The notes beneath the pieces are model-generated. The model was not told the DNA's origin and searched no databases. It saw only the letters and a program-made list of their open reading frames with translations. A stretch of DNA of 64,000 nt from Felis catus (taxonomy: Eukaryota): the NCBI RefSeq assembly GCF_018350175.1, contig NC_058373.1:110920001-110984000 (forward strand), read 5' to 3'. Of this stretch, positions 50,423-63,269 are shown one piece after another; the stretch's first letter is position 1; each line of letters starts with the position of its first letter. The translations under genes were made by a program, and so were the position numbers.

Positions 50423-50622
50423 GGGGCACCTGGGTGGCTCAGTGGGTTGAGGGTTTGACTTTAGCTCAGGTTGTGATCTCACAGCTCATGAGTCTAAGCC
50501 ACACATCGAGCTTATCGCTCTCTGCTGTCAGAGCAGAGCCCTCTTCAGATCTTCTGTCCCCTCTCTCTGCCCCTCCCCTGTTCATGCTCTGTCTCAAAAA
50601 TAAACATTAAAAAAAATAATAA
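50423..50622 (+). mobile_element. CAN-SINE
   Basis: TSD core atgaggac. Confidence 0.93.
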
Positions 50623-51689
50623 ATGAGGACCATAAGGTCTTTGTTTTCTACCTGTTTTCACTCCAATAGGGTAGAGATAGCACACAAAGGACTCTAATAT
50701 AGCGGATTTGGCAAATGCCATGTAAAAATTACAAACAAAATATTTGGGGGAAGGGTTCAGACAGCAAGATCATATTTAACAGGATGTGAAAATGACTCCC
50801 ATACCTTCTTCTACCTTCCTTTATATGTGAATCCCTTGTTGTTTTCACAGGGAAATTTCATGTGGCCACTCCAGATAGAAGGACCAAGTGACGGTCTCTT
50901 TTCATGCCCGTAAATCAGTTTGAATATAAGGGAATCGTGAGAATTAAGACAGAAAGCGTAAGCCAAAGCTATATTGTGGCCGGCTTTCAAAAGCCAAAGT
51001 GAGGAGCCTGTACCTAATTCAGTTCACAATGGGAATTTGTCGAAGGCTTTTAAGTAAGGCAAGATAGGATCAGAACTGTGCTTTGGGAAAATTAATCTGG
51101 TGGCAGTGTGTAGGACAGCTGGAGTGGAGAGAGACGGGAGACAGGCTATTACTGTAGTCAGAATAAGAAATAATTGGGGCCTGAACTAGAATGGTGGTCA
51201 AGGAAGTGGAAAGCAGGATGGATGTCAGGCTGGAACATCTGTAGGCCACCAAAGGTTGTTTTTTTTTTTAACTGGGGGGTTAATAGGGAGATTAGAGAAC
51301 CCTAAAAAAAAAAAAGTCAGTATTTTAGAGATGTCCTCTCCTAATCAAAATGTCTGTCCCAGCTATAAATGCATATAGTTTCTGCCTGAAACAAAAGGGT
51401 CCCCAGCTATGTGGAAGAGATTAGGTGTATTTTAATCACCTGTTGATGACTAACTGTTGAATCCTTTATCAGTTATTTTCCTGTCTATATTTTCTTCCTC
51501 CTTTGTTCTAGTAAGCCCCTTGCTTGGAATTCAGAAGAAGAAAGGTACTATGAGCAATTTGAAAAATCAAGATTTATTTTAAGTAAATAAAGTGCCATCT
51601 ATCTACAGTCTAACACAGAATATAAATTCTTTATCATATCCTTTAAAAAAAATTCTTCCTTAATGCTGGATATTCCTTGACTTTCATAT

Positions 51690-53600
51690 TTTTCCCTTCC
51701 CTTTACTGACAAATTTCTTATAAGATCAATCTTCATTCATTATATCCCTTGAATCACAATCTTTCATCCCTTAACTCCTATAATATAGAGCCCACCTCTA
51801 CAACTACATAAAATCGTACCTTCCAAAGAACCCATGTCACCATCAAAAGCTATGAATTTTTTCAGTTTTAGTCCTCCTTGACTGCTTTCCAAGATTTGGC
51901 TCCACAGATCAACTTCTCAAGCTTGAAACTTTCTTTTCCTTTGATTCTCTTGATTATACACTGTCTGTCCTATCTCCCTTCACCTCTGGAATCTCTCTTT
52001 TGCTATCTTTGCAAATTGTATTCCTTCCTACTTTACAAAATGCAATTGCAACCTAAGCCATAATTGTGGGTTATCTGCTATTTATGATCTTATGGTACTT
52101 ATGATCATTTAGTACCGCACAGAATTCCTAAATCTACATCTCTAGCCATTACCACCTGTCTCAGCTCCAATTTAATTTTTCCTTTTGAACATTTCCAAAT
52201 GATGTCTCAAATCCATCATGTCTGGAGGAGAGCTCATCTATCCCCCCCAAAGCTAACTTCTCTCAACTCCCCCACATTTATCAAAGATACCATCATTTTC
52301 TTTGGTACTCAGTTTCTAAATCTCAAGTCATTCTTAATTGTTCCCTCTCCTCACATAGTTAGCCAGTTACCCACTATCAGTCCTGGCTTTGCAAACTCTC
52401 TCTAGTCTGTCTCTTCATACCCTTTACTACTGCCACTACTGCAGACTCTTATCGCCTCTCTCTTGGGTATTTTCAACACTTTTAGAACTAGTTCTCCTCC
52501 CTTCCTCTTTCTTCTCCTTTCCATACATTGAATACTTTAGTTGGGAATATTAATTTTCCAAAACCATTTTGTTGTAAGTATCATTGTCTGCTCAAAACTC
52601 TTCAGTTACATTCAAATCCACTATGGGATAAAGTTTAAACATCTTATTCTGGTATTTGATAGCCTCCAATATCCATTCCATGCTTGCTTCGATTCTCACA
52701 TAAATCCTCTCCACAAATTCTCTTCTCCGGCTAAAGTGTTCTTCCCATTGCTCTCCAAATATGACACACTTTTTTTTTTTTTAATTTTTTTTCAACGTTT
52801 ATTTATTTATTTTTTGGGACAGAGAGAGACAGAGCATGAACGGGGGAGGGGCAGAGAGAGAGGAGACACAGAATCGGAAACAGGCCCCAGGCTCTGAGCC
52901 ATCAGCCCAGAGCCTGACGCGGGGCATGAACCCACGGACCGCGAGATCGTGACCTGGCTGAAGTCGGACGCTTAACCGACTGCGCCACCCAGGCGCCCCC
53001 AAATATGACACACTTAGAGCCAACAGTTAACACAGTCCAGAGGGCACCATTCACAGAGAACGTGACATGGACAGGGTGCCCTGGAGTTGTGCTATGGCTG
53101 TCTTTTTTCCCGCATCCATTTTGGTCTTTTGTTCTTGATATTCTCCTGTAGAATGCTCTTCTCTTGCCTCTGTCCTACCTCTTCCTTCAAGACCCAGCTC
53201 AAGTTCTACCAGCTCCATGAACTCCCTACCACCTATCCTAGCCATTGATAAAAACTCTCTCCCCTTAATTCCTAGACCACAGGTGTGTATATAAGCTGAA
53301 CATATAATTTATCATCCAAACTATGATGTTTGAGAGTTACAGGGGGCATAAGTACATTGGAACAAGGTATAAACTGGTACTATCTAGGACAAACTGGAGT
53401 GTATAATCAGCTACCTATATATTACTCGTTTGACATCCAGTATGTGTTATGTGGTAGTTTTCGTTTGTTAAATGTATTTAAATATACATGCTTTATCTTC
53501 TCAACACAGTAAATCCTCTGAGAACAAATCATGCCTTCTCCCTCTTTGTTCACCAGGTGCCTACACATAATAGACACTAAAAATTATTTATTCATCATGA
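51690..53600 (+). mobile_element. L2 fragments interrupted by a young SINE
   Basis: Pyrimidine-rich L2-type motifs and a 3' end 'gtgcctacacataatagacactaaaaattatttattc'. Confidence 0.5.
52772..52998 (-). mobile_element. Very young CAN-SINE
   Basis: CpG-rich; perfect TSD CCAAATATGACACACTT. Confidence 0.96.
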
Positions 53601-54672
53601 TGATATTTTTACTGTTATGTAGGAATGAAACTTAGGTTAGGAGTAAACTTCCAAGAGCAGTAAACTCACCCAATTGTCATTGTGGCAGGAAGACAACATT
53701 TTCTATGTCCCTAGAAAGAGATATTGTTATCACACAATCTCCTCAAGTTTTTGGTGAGGGCTGGGTCATAGTCTCTGGCACATGGCTCTGCCTCGTTACT
53801 TATTAATGTCCTCGCTCTCTATCTTGACAGCATAGCGTTGCTCTGCTACGACACCGCACAGAAGAAAGCTGACAACCCAACCAGAGGGTTTATGTAACTC
53901 ACATCAAAATAAAATTACATCTTCAAAAATGCTGCTGTGACTAAGTAACCTGAAACCAAATATTTGGAAGTTTTGATTTGCTTGACTTATTTTGCTTAAT
54001 TAACATCTGGCCCCAGCTTAGCATTATCCCTGCTAAACTACCAGTAACCAAAGGAGAAGGAAGAAAGCCTAAAAACAGAAAAAGACAGCAAACAGTCATG
54101 ATAACTTAGGCTCCAAAAATAAACTAGAACACAAACCAAAAAATGAAAGACATGTGGGAAAGAAAGAATTAGGACAGAATCATCTCTTGGGAGTAAATAT
54201 TTAACAGAGAGCCATGCTACCAAAGAGCACCAAGTCAAAATCAAATGGGGGTATGAGTGGATGTGGGAAAGCTCCTGGTAGGAAAACTGGTTTGTTCAAA
54301 CTGCTAATGGGGCAGGCCTTCCTAAAACTCCTTCTACCAAGCTGGTGACTAGAGTTAAGCAGCAGTCATCTATTTTTACACGGAATGATATAGGGAAATT
54401 TGCCTTTGAACTACTTGTCGAAAATTTGGCTCTCAGAGTTCATCTATAAACCTTTGGCCTGATGTTTTTGCTTAAGCAAGTCTCTCAGCAGTCTGTGAGC
54501 CCCTCATGACATCAGCCGTCTTAATAAACACAAAAACCTATCTAGAGATTTTCTAAATATTCTCCCAAGTTTGATAAAGAACTCCTTAGAAAAAATGACT
54601 CCCAAACATTCCCAGAGATGCCCTTCTTCCTTCTGCTTGAGATCTTTTTATACCTATGCCTCTCTGGGATAA

Positions 54673-54886
54673 TTTTTTTAATGTTTATTTTTTGAGAAAG
54701 AGAGAGAGAGAGAGAGAGCACAAGCAGGGGAGGGGCAGAGAGAGAGAGGGAGACACAGAATCAGAAGCAGGCTCCAGGCTCCTAGCTGTCAGCACAGAGC
54801 CTGATGCGGGGCTTGAACTCAAAAACTGTGAGACCATGACCTGAGCCAAAGTCGGGTGCTTAACTGACTGAGCCACCCAAATGCCC
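54673..54886 (-). mobile_element. CAN-SINE
   Basis: TSD tgggata. Confidence 0.94.
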
Positions 54887-55339
54887 CTGGGATAGTTGAA
54901 TATATGACCTCTTAGAGTTCCCAAACCTTTCATTTGGTTCTTTATATCTTAACTAAAGTCACCATCTGCTTTGGAAATGTAAGCCAGGAATTGGCAACTA
55001 ATGGTAGATGTGCCCACTGAAGTATATTTTTTATCCCCTTTGTCCGATCATTCTGCTTCCTTTTCCCTTTATCTCTCATTCCCTTCTTTCTGCTTGTGAT
55101 TTTATTTTGTTCTCTCTCCCAACTCCATCTTTTGTCATATATATTTAGGCTCCTTGGTGGCAGGCAGGGCCAAATGCTGTTGATTTAAGCACTGATCTTA
55201 GATGCATAGGTGTATATTAGATAACTTCTTGAGAGTTCTTCTACTTCTGAGATCCTCTGGGGCTGCAGTTATTTACCACACCTTGATCATCAAACACTTA
55301 CGCTTATATTTTTATTAGATTCTCTGGACTCAATTTCAT

Positions 55340-55550
55340 TAACATAGCTAACATTTATGGCATATTTAACAGATATCAGATCCTATGCTAAGTGGATTAT
55401 CTCCTTTAATTCTCACAGCAACTCAGTGAGGTAGGTGTATTCCCACTTTGCAAATGAAGGAAAAGGCATAGAGAAGCTAAATAACTTGCCCAATATGTCA
55501 CAGCTAATAAGTGACAAAGCTGAGATGTGAATCCATATCTATAGGTCTCC
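55340..55550 (-). mobile_element. MIR
   Basis: Antisense core 'taaataacttgcccaatatgtcacagctaataagtgacaaagctgaga'. Confidence 0.7.
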
Positions 55551-57189
55551 ACACAACCACTGTGGTGGAAAATGTGATGTTGATATATAGTAGGAAAAAG
55601 ACTGAGCAATTTTTTAGTTCATTACATGGTAACTGCTACCAGGGCTGGGTATAATTATGAAGTCAGCCTCCTGGACATAAGGGTTAAAACTTTATCCTTC
55701 TCATGAAAAGACTGGACATTACTTAGCCCTATGCTACCTACTCTACCCGCCAGCCTTCCAAACTTGTTTCCGTGTGTCTTTGTACTTTTGCCCACATTGT
55801 ATCCTTGTTTAGGGAATACCCTTCCAAATATTCTCTAATGTCCATCAATTCTTAAAGTCTGCTGAAATGTCAACTCTTTTGGAAAATCTTTGCTGAGATC
55901 TCTCCAACATCCTTTCTCCAACCTTTTGTAGGCTAGAGGCCTGCCCTTTCTCTGGGTCCCAATAGCATCCCTAAACATAATTATTATATTATGTTGTGAT
56001 CGCTGGTTTTTCTTTCCCCCTGTATTGTAAGCAACTCGAAGGCAGGCATGGATGGGTACTCCAAACATTGTATGGATTGAATCAAATGGAATTCCTGAGC
56101 TATATTTACATTTGGGGCACTATTTTAAATTCTGTAATGAAAGGCATCTCAAGTGTTAACTGAGTTGGAGCAGACTAAAAAACCAAACTGGTAGAAGAGT
56201 CATCTATCCCACTTGAATCCAAATTAACAGATCATTATAGATTCAATTAATCTATGAAAGAAAAAGACAAAGCAGTGTGTAGAACCAATTGAAGTTAGGA
56301 AGTTGTTGCTAAACTTCCAGGAATAAGGTGATAAACTGAACTCTTAGGTTTACAGATCATTTCCTGGAGAGCAGTGAGGTGTTAAATTGAATGACATTAG
56401 GGTACTTGTTCTTGTTGAGTCATCCACGCCTCAGGTAGAATCTTCCTTTTGGTGGGCACAGCATGAAGACATGACTAAGCAATAAATTATTCATGCATAA
56501 AGAAGAAAATACTTGGCTTAAAACAATTTTTTAAACCAAAACTCTTCTCCTAAAAAACTTTTTTTTTGTTTTGTTTTCCTTCTCAAATATTAAAACCCTT
56601 GAAAGCAACGACCTGGGGTGAATAGTTCATGGAAATGGTGTATGGAATTAGGGGTAGGGTGGAGGGATGAGTGAAACTGCATGTTCAGCTTTTGGAATCA
56701 ATCACAATCATTACTAGCAGCCACTATGTGTCGAACATAATGTTAGAAGCTGGCAAATAAGCATCATGTTAAAGGAGTTTGCATTCAAATAGTGACTACA
56801 TTCCACAATAAGGGGATGAATACAGTGTTATTACAGGAGGTTCAAGTAGGAAACTAATATTTGGTGTCCATGGAAGCAGGGATATTGGAACCATGTCTGA
56901 GAGACTGAATATGATCTCAACAGGCAGAGAATGGGCCATTCTGGGCAGATGGAACAGCACACAAAAAGCTAGAAAGAAAACTTGGAAGAACTTGGTGAGA
57001 TTAGGGCCATGAGTAGTTTGGTGAGGCTACAAATAGATAATGTGTGATTACAAGGAAAAGTAGCAGAAGGAGAGATGGGAGCAGCAAGACACAAGGTGAG
57101 ACGAGTATAGTGGAGCATATTTTAAAAGGCTTTGAATGCTGTAGTAAGGAGCTTGGTTTTTTTCCTGAAGGCAATATGGAAACATGGAG

Positions 57190-57265
57190 TTTTGTTTTTC
57201 TTTTTAAAGTTTATTTATTTATTTTGAGAGACACAGAGACAGTTTGAGTCGAGGAGTGGGGGAGA

Positions 57266-57319
<54 letters not shown>

Positions 57320-57450
57320 CCCAAGCAGGCTCCTCACTGCCAGTGCAGAACCTGTTGAGGGGCTCAAACCCATGAAACTGCCAGATCAGGACCTACCTGA
57401 GCTGAAACTGAGAGTCAGAGGCCTAACCGACTGAGCCACCCCAGTGCCCC
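57190..57450 (-). mobile_element. CAN-SINE with an expanded (GA)n at ~57268-57317
   Basis: Typical structure; TSD core catggag. Confidence 0.92.
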
Positions 57451-57480
57451 CATCATGGAGCTATTAAAGCAGTGACATAC

Positions 57481-57882
57481 AATCTCTCGGTCTGTGAGTT
57501 CAAGCCCCGCATCAGGCTCTGGGCTGATGGCTCAGAGCCTGGAGCCTGTTTCCGATTCTGTGTCTCCCTCTCTCTCTGCCCCTCCCCCGTTCATGCTCTG
57601 TCTCTCTCTGTCCCAAAAATAAATAAACGTTGAAAAAAAAAAAAAAAAAGCAGTGACATAGAGGTGCCTGGGTGACTCGGCCAGTTAAGCATCTGACTTT
57701 GGCTCAAGTCATGATCTTGCCCTTTGTGGATTTGAGCCCCACATCGGGCTCTATGCTGGCAGCTCAGAGCCTGGAGTCTGCTTCCGATTCTGTGTGTCCC
57801 TCTCTGTCTGTCCCTCCCCTGCTCACATTCTGTCTCTCTCTCTCTCTCAAAAGTAAAAAAAAAAATTAAAAAAATAATAAAT
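57481..57882 (+). mobile_element. Two tandem CAN-SINEs (5'-truncated young copy 57481-57646; full older copy 57661-57882)
   Basis: Three copies of AAAGCAGTGACATA delimit them. Confidence 0.93.
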
Positions 57883-58407
57883 AAAGCAGTGACATAAGGC
57901 GATGTATTATAACTGTTGCATTCTTGGCACTGTCTTCTGTAGTTGTTTTAGAATATGCCTCAGTTTTCTCAAACTTTGGTGTGGACTTTCTCCTTAGTTC
58001 TCAAAGAAGATGTTGTCAAGAGAAAGAAGTACAAGGAACCAGAAGAAGGACTGGGAACCGTAATTCGGTAGGAGCCCAAAGTAGGGCTCCCTGCCTCTTT
58101 GTGCCTTTGGGGAACTTCCAAGTCTACTTCCTAGAAGCACCTGGCTTCTCACTCTCTCTCCCTCATGGTTTCCCTCCCTAACACAACTCTTCCCCGACAG
58201 TGTTGTCTCTACCACAGCATGCTCACTCAGTCTTTTCAAATTCACAAAGCCACCTTATACAAATTAAGGAACACAGTCTCCTATTATCCAAATCAGCTAG
58301 ACACAGCTTCCCACCTGAGGCAGGCTGTTAGCCATGATTACCAATCCCCTTTTCCTAATTTATTACCCTCCCTTCTACCACCTCATGCTTATAGCCAGAA
58401 TTATTTT

Positions 58408-58628
58408 TTTATAAAGAATTTTTTTTAATGTTTATTTATTTTTGAGACAGAGAGAGACAGAGCATGAACGGGGGAGGGTCAGAGAGAGAGGGAGACACAG
58501 AATCTGAAACAGGCTCCAGGCTCTGAGCGGTCAGCACAGAGCCCGACGCGGGGCTCGAACTCACGGACCGCGAGATCGTGACCTGAGCCGAAGTCGGACA
58601 CCCAACCGACTGAGCCACCCAGGCGCCC
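58408..58628 (-). mobile_element. Young CAN-SINE
   Basis: TSD CCAGAATTATTTTT. Confidence 0.96.
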
Positions 58629-58823
58629 CCAGAATTATTTTTCTTAGCATCCTTGAGTTATATGCATATACCCCTATACCTAAAACATTTGTGTATTATT
58701 TTTTAAACCAACCCTGAGAGGTAGGTGTATTTATTATTGTCATTATTTTACGGAGGAGAAAGTTGAAGCACAGCTAATAGGTGACTTGCTTATGGTCCTC
58801 CTCCTGTTATTAAGATACAATTA

Positions 58824-59052
58824 GGGGGAGCGCCTGGGTGGCTCATTCGGTTAAGCATCTGACTTCACGTCATGATCTCACAGTTTGTGAGTTCGAGCCC
58901 CGTGCCAGGCTCTGCGCCGGCCACTCAGAGCCTGGAGCCTGCTTCTCATTCTGTGTCTCCCTCTCCGGCTCTCTGCCCTTCCCCCGCTCAAGAGACTCTT
59001 GTCTCTTTCTCTCTCAATAATAAACATTAAAAATTTTTTAAAAAATTAAAAA
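58824..59052 (+). mobile_element. CAN-SINE
   Basis: Typical structure; no clear TSD. Confidence 0.92.
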
Positions 59053-60350
59053 TTTTAACTTTAAATCACCATACTATTTCCCAAATACTCCTTGCAGCTT
59101 CTATGTACCCTTTCTCCATTCTAGGTCAAAAGTACTCTTTTCAAAACCACCCAAGCTTCTTGATTCCTATGGATTTTGTGCCTGAATTTCCTTGAAGTAA
59201 ACCCTCCCTCTGCTGGCCATTCTCCAGGACAAAACAGGAGCTTTTTGACTCCATTTCCTCACTCCACTGGCTTCTCTGAAAATTCCAACCTCCTTCACCT
59301 CTTGGAGTTGATATAGGTGACAGAGAACAAAATTCTGCTCTGAGTTTTACTATATCCTTAGGGCACACATTAGAAATGGAATAAAATAAAATAAAAGCAT
59401 ATCTAAAACACAGTTATATTTTGATTATTAGATCTATCCCAATCCATGTAAGATTTGAAGGATAATATTTCCCCAAAGAAAATCAGAGATTTTGACATAT
59501 GTTAGGAAAACTATATGTGGAAATAGTCATCTGTATATGAAAAGAGAGTGGGGAGCGCTGGAGGAAACAAAGTCAAGGGCAATAGTAGCAATTCCCTTGT
59601 CTTAAAGTATAATGTGTTTGGAAACTGGAGTTTATAATCTGAATAATCATGAGAACTCTAAATAAAAGAAACTGCAAAGAAAGACCGGCTCTGAGCTTTT
59701 AGGAGCTTTGTTATACTTGACCCCAGCCAGAACAGACTCACCTGGGTTCACAGTGGTAAGCCAGAATTGCTGCTAATTCATTTACCCCAGGCAGGTGACC
59801 CCAGGTAAAGACAAACCAACCCTATTTCACACTTCCCTTGAGATAATGGAAAGAATCACATATACCTTCACCAAGCAGATGAACTTCTCTTTAGAGACGA
59901 GCTTCTCTCCATCTGTGAAATTGGGCTGGCAGCGGTACCATAAAGGCTCCGGGGTGCTTCTTATTCCTTTAAACAAAGGATGAAAATGATAGGTATGCTC
60001 AGCACTGCATCCTTCCGGCCTCTTGGCTTCAGGCATCATAAAAGGCAAAAGAAAAAAAAGGTACTAGAAAGAGGGTGTTAAAGAAGATTCAAATTGTACT
60101 TTTAAGGGAAAACTTTAATCTTGCCCCAGGGAGGTAGTTTAGCATATGTAATTGAACGATTTTAACATCTAGAGTTTCTTAAATGGATTCTTTTTACCAA
60201 GAAATAACCTCCTGCATAAACTGTAACACATGGGCATACTTAATATATGTTATTGACATCATATGTTTTCTAATGGTTCCTATGGGTACTGTCCCAGAGA
60301 AAATTCTATTGGAAGGTAATCTTTAAACAATTCCTGCAAACTTTGTTTTA

Positions 60351-60583
60351 TTTATTTATTTTTTTTAAAATTTTTTTTTTCAACATTTATTTATTTTTGG
60401 GACAGAGAGAGACAGAGCATGAACGGGGGAGGGGCAGAGAGAGAGGGAGACACAGAATCGGAAACAGGCTCCAGGCTCTGAGCCATCAGCCCAGAGCCCC
60501 ACGCGGGGCTCGAACTCACGGACCGCGAGATCATGACCTGGCTGAAGTCGGACGCTTAACCGACTGCGCCACCCAGGCGCCCC
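60351..60583 (-). mobile_element. Very young CAN-SINE
   Basis: CpG-rich; TSD CAAACTTTGTTTTA. Confidence 0.96.
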
Positions 60584-61657
60584 CAAACTTTGTTTTAAAT
60601 AATTACCTATAAGAGAAAAGAAAATAGACTTTTTTGGTAATTTTTTTTTTTTGCTTATTTTACACCACTGCTTGGTCATTCTTTTCCAGTGCTAATATCC
60701 TTCTTTGTAGCCTCTATTTTCCTTTCTTCTACCTGTCAACCTTGGAAAACTTAGTATTCCTTTAAGGAATAATCATGCTTCAATTTCTGGTGCTGCGGAC
60801 TTCTTCCCATCTCATTTGCTGCCTTTCCACCCTGGATACAGTTAGATTTGAATAGAGGACTTCATTGGGTGGATAGCCATCAGCTCTTCAAAGTTTACAC
60901 CTAAGAAGATGACCTTTTTATTCACTTGCTCATTTTAATAACAAGATACCATCTCACTCTGGGAAGTTAAAAAAAAAAAAAACACTGGTAAATGTGTAGA
61001 TTGTTTTCCATGCCAAAGAACTGTTTGAGATCTTTGACTGCAGTGTAATTTTTTATTTATTTGATTTTTAAAATCATTATTGTTCTCTATTAGTGATGAG
61101 GCAGAAAGCTATACATCTCCCCCTTGTGGTTTCTGTTAGTGTATGTCTTTCCTTGTCCAATCTCTTCCAGTTCCAATCATTCCCAATAAAGTACTGTTAA
61201 AATGATCTTCCAAAACCACGACTCTGATATCACTCTCCTGCTCAAATGCCCAGTGGCTCACTATCACCTGCAAGATAAAATCCAAACTTCTTGGCATGGT
61301 CCACTTGAAATTCCTATACTAAAATTCTCTGCTTTTTGAAATCCTATACATTCTTCAGGGCCCAAATTCCTCATTCCCAATCCCTACCTAGAAGAAGTCT
61401 CTCCATTTTGTGCTCTTAAATCACAATCTGCCAGTAATTGTAGGTATTTATGCTCGCCTTATCTCTCCCACTCTATCGTGAGTCTCTGGAGAACAGGAAG
61501 GGACAATGTCTTTTTCATCTTTCTGTTGTCCACACAATCCCTTGAAGGCGAAGTCCTCAACAAATGTCTATAGAATTGAATAAAATACAGTGGTTAGTAA
61601 GATTAAAAGTCAGCATTCGGCTTTAAAAACAGAGGACACATTTAAAAATGTTTCAAG

Positions 61658-61780
61658 AGGGACACCTGGGTGACTCAGTTGGTTAAGCATCTGGCTCTTG
61701 ATTTGGCTCAGGTCATGATCCCAGAGTCATGGGATCAAGACCCCCATGGGGCTCTGTGCTGAGCATGGAGTCTGCTTAAG

Positions 61781-61826
<46 letters not shown>

Positions 61827-61945
61827 CCTGTACCCTACTGTCTCTAAAAAAAATAAGCAACAAAGTGTTCCATTAAAAAAAAGAATTCTCTCTCTCCCTC
61901 TCTCCCCTGCTTATACACTCTGTCTCTAAAAAAAAACTTTTAAAA
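61658..61945 (+). mobile_element. CAN-SINE with (TC)n, plus a second tail fragment
   Basis: Head at ~61658, (TC)n at ~61784-61822, second CT-rich/A tail at ~61885-61936. Confidence 0.85.
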
Positions 61946-61963
61946 AGAGAGAGAATTGTATAG

Positions 61964-62250
61964 ACCAGCCCTGTCAAGCAGAAATATAATTACAAGCTAC
62001 CAGTGTTAATTAAAAATTTTCTGGTAGCCAGATTTAAAACACAGATGATATTAACTTTAATAATATGTTTTTATTTAGTGCAATTATTTTAACATGTAAT
62101 CAATATAAAAATTACTGATGAAATATTTTACATTTTTTTCATACTGTCTTCTAAGTCTAGTTTGTAGAATGTACTTACAATACATCTCAGATCAAATTTG
62201 CCACATGTATAAGTGCTTTATAGCCACATGTGGCTACTACCTCCTGTATT
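61964..62250. mobile_element. hAT-Charlie MITE fossil (MER33-like)
   Basis: Recalled motifs 'aaattttctggtagcca…aacatgtaatcaatataaaaatta…tagccacatgtggcta'. Confidence 0.7.
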
Positions 62251-62551
62251 AAAAAGAAGTTGAGTCCAGGGTAGGAACTAAGTCCGAGTCCTGGGCGACT
62301 ACCAGCAGCTTTGTTACCACAGATAAGACCTTTAACCACTTATTTCCTTGTTTCCTCATCTGAAAGGGGGAGATACATTTTTTTTTTTTACCATTCTTAT
62401 AGGATTGTAAAGGCATAAAATTAGAAACTGAAATGATGACACTTTGAAACGTTGAAAATGTCATACAGAATGGAAGGCATTGCAATTATTCCAAGAGTAG
62501 AGTGAACTTTGAAATGGTTATTAATCTCTTCTTTAAAGAACCTGGATCCCA

Positions 62552-62721
62552 AGAGCGCCTGGGTGACCCAGTCAGTAGAGCATCTGACTCTTGATTTCAA
62601 CTCAGGTGTTGATCTTAGGGGTTGGTGGGATGGAGCCCCACATCAGGCTCTGCTCTGGCTGCGAGGCCTGCTTCTCTCCGTGCCACCCCCCCCCCCAATA
62701 AATAAATAAACTTAAAACAAA
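62552..62721 (+). mobile_element. CAN-SINE
   Basis: TSD AAAGAACCTGGATCCCA at 62535-62551 and 62722-62738. Confidence 0.92.
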
Positions 62722-63110
62722 AAAGAACCTGGATCCCAGAGTCTCATATGCTCCCTGATTTCCTCACTGACTTGACTGCGATAGGCAGGGTTAAGGAAGG
62801 AGGCTGATGCTCCCATTAAATATCTCTATTGGTGTAGCTGGGTATGATGACAGGTTGTTCAGAAGCACAAAGACAGATTTTTGGATATTCGTATTCAAGT
62901 TAATTACATCACTATGAAAAGTAAGATGCTTTCAATACGGAGGAAAAGGAAAAGGCAGGGCATCAACCACAAGCATTTTGAGCTCCATAGGCTGGACCTC
63001 GCCATTTTCTATTTGCACAGTGTGTGCAAGCCTCTGAGGTGCTTCGGCGACGCGTTTCCCATCGCTAATGGGATAAATAATGGTCATTTATTAACATTTC
63101 AAATGTTTGT

Positions 63111-63144
<34 letters not shown>

Positions 63145-63269
63145 CAGTTTTAGGAGATTCTCTGCAGATCTCTAAGTGCCTCTTGGCCAACGCTTCGGTT
63201 ATTGCTTATTCACCTGTCTCACTGGTATGGAAAGGTATTTAAATTACTATAATTTCAGCTTTCTGTATG

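Noticed and set aside
53795..53900. Plus-strand polypyrimidine/AG acceptor-like site (…ctctctatcttgacag) with a few CpGs
   Set aside because: No clear donor or ORF; a lncRNA exon cannot be supported without transcript data.
57466..57896. Regularly spaced identical 14-mers resembling a CRISPR-like array
   Set aside because: The 'spacers' are SINEs and the repeats are target-site duplications in a mammalian genome.
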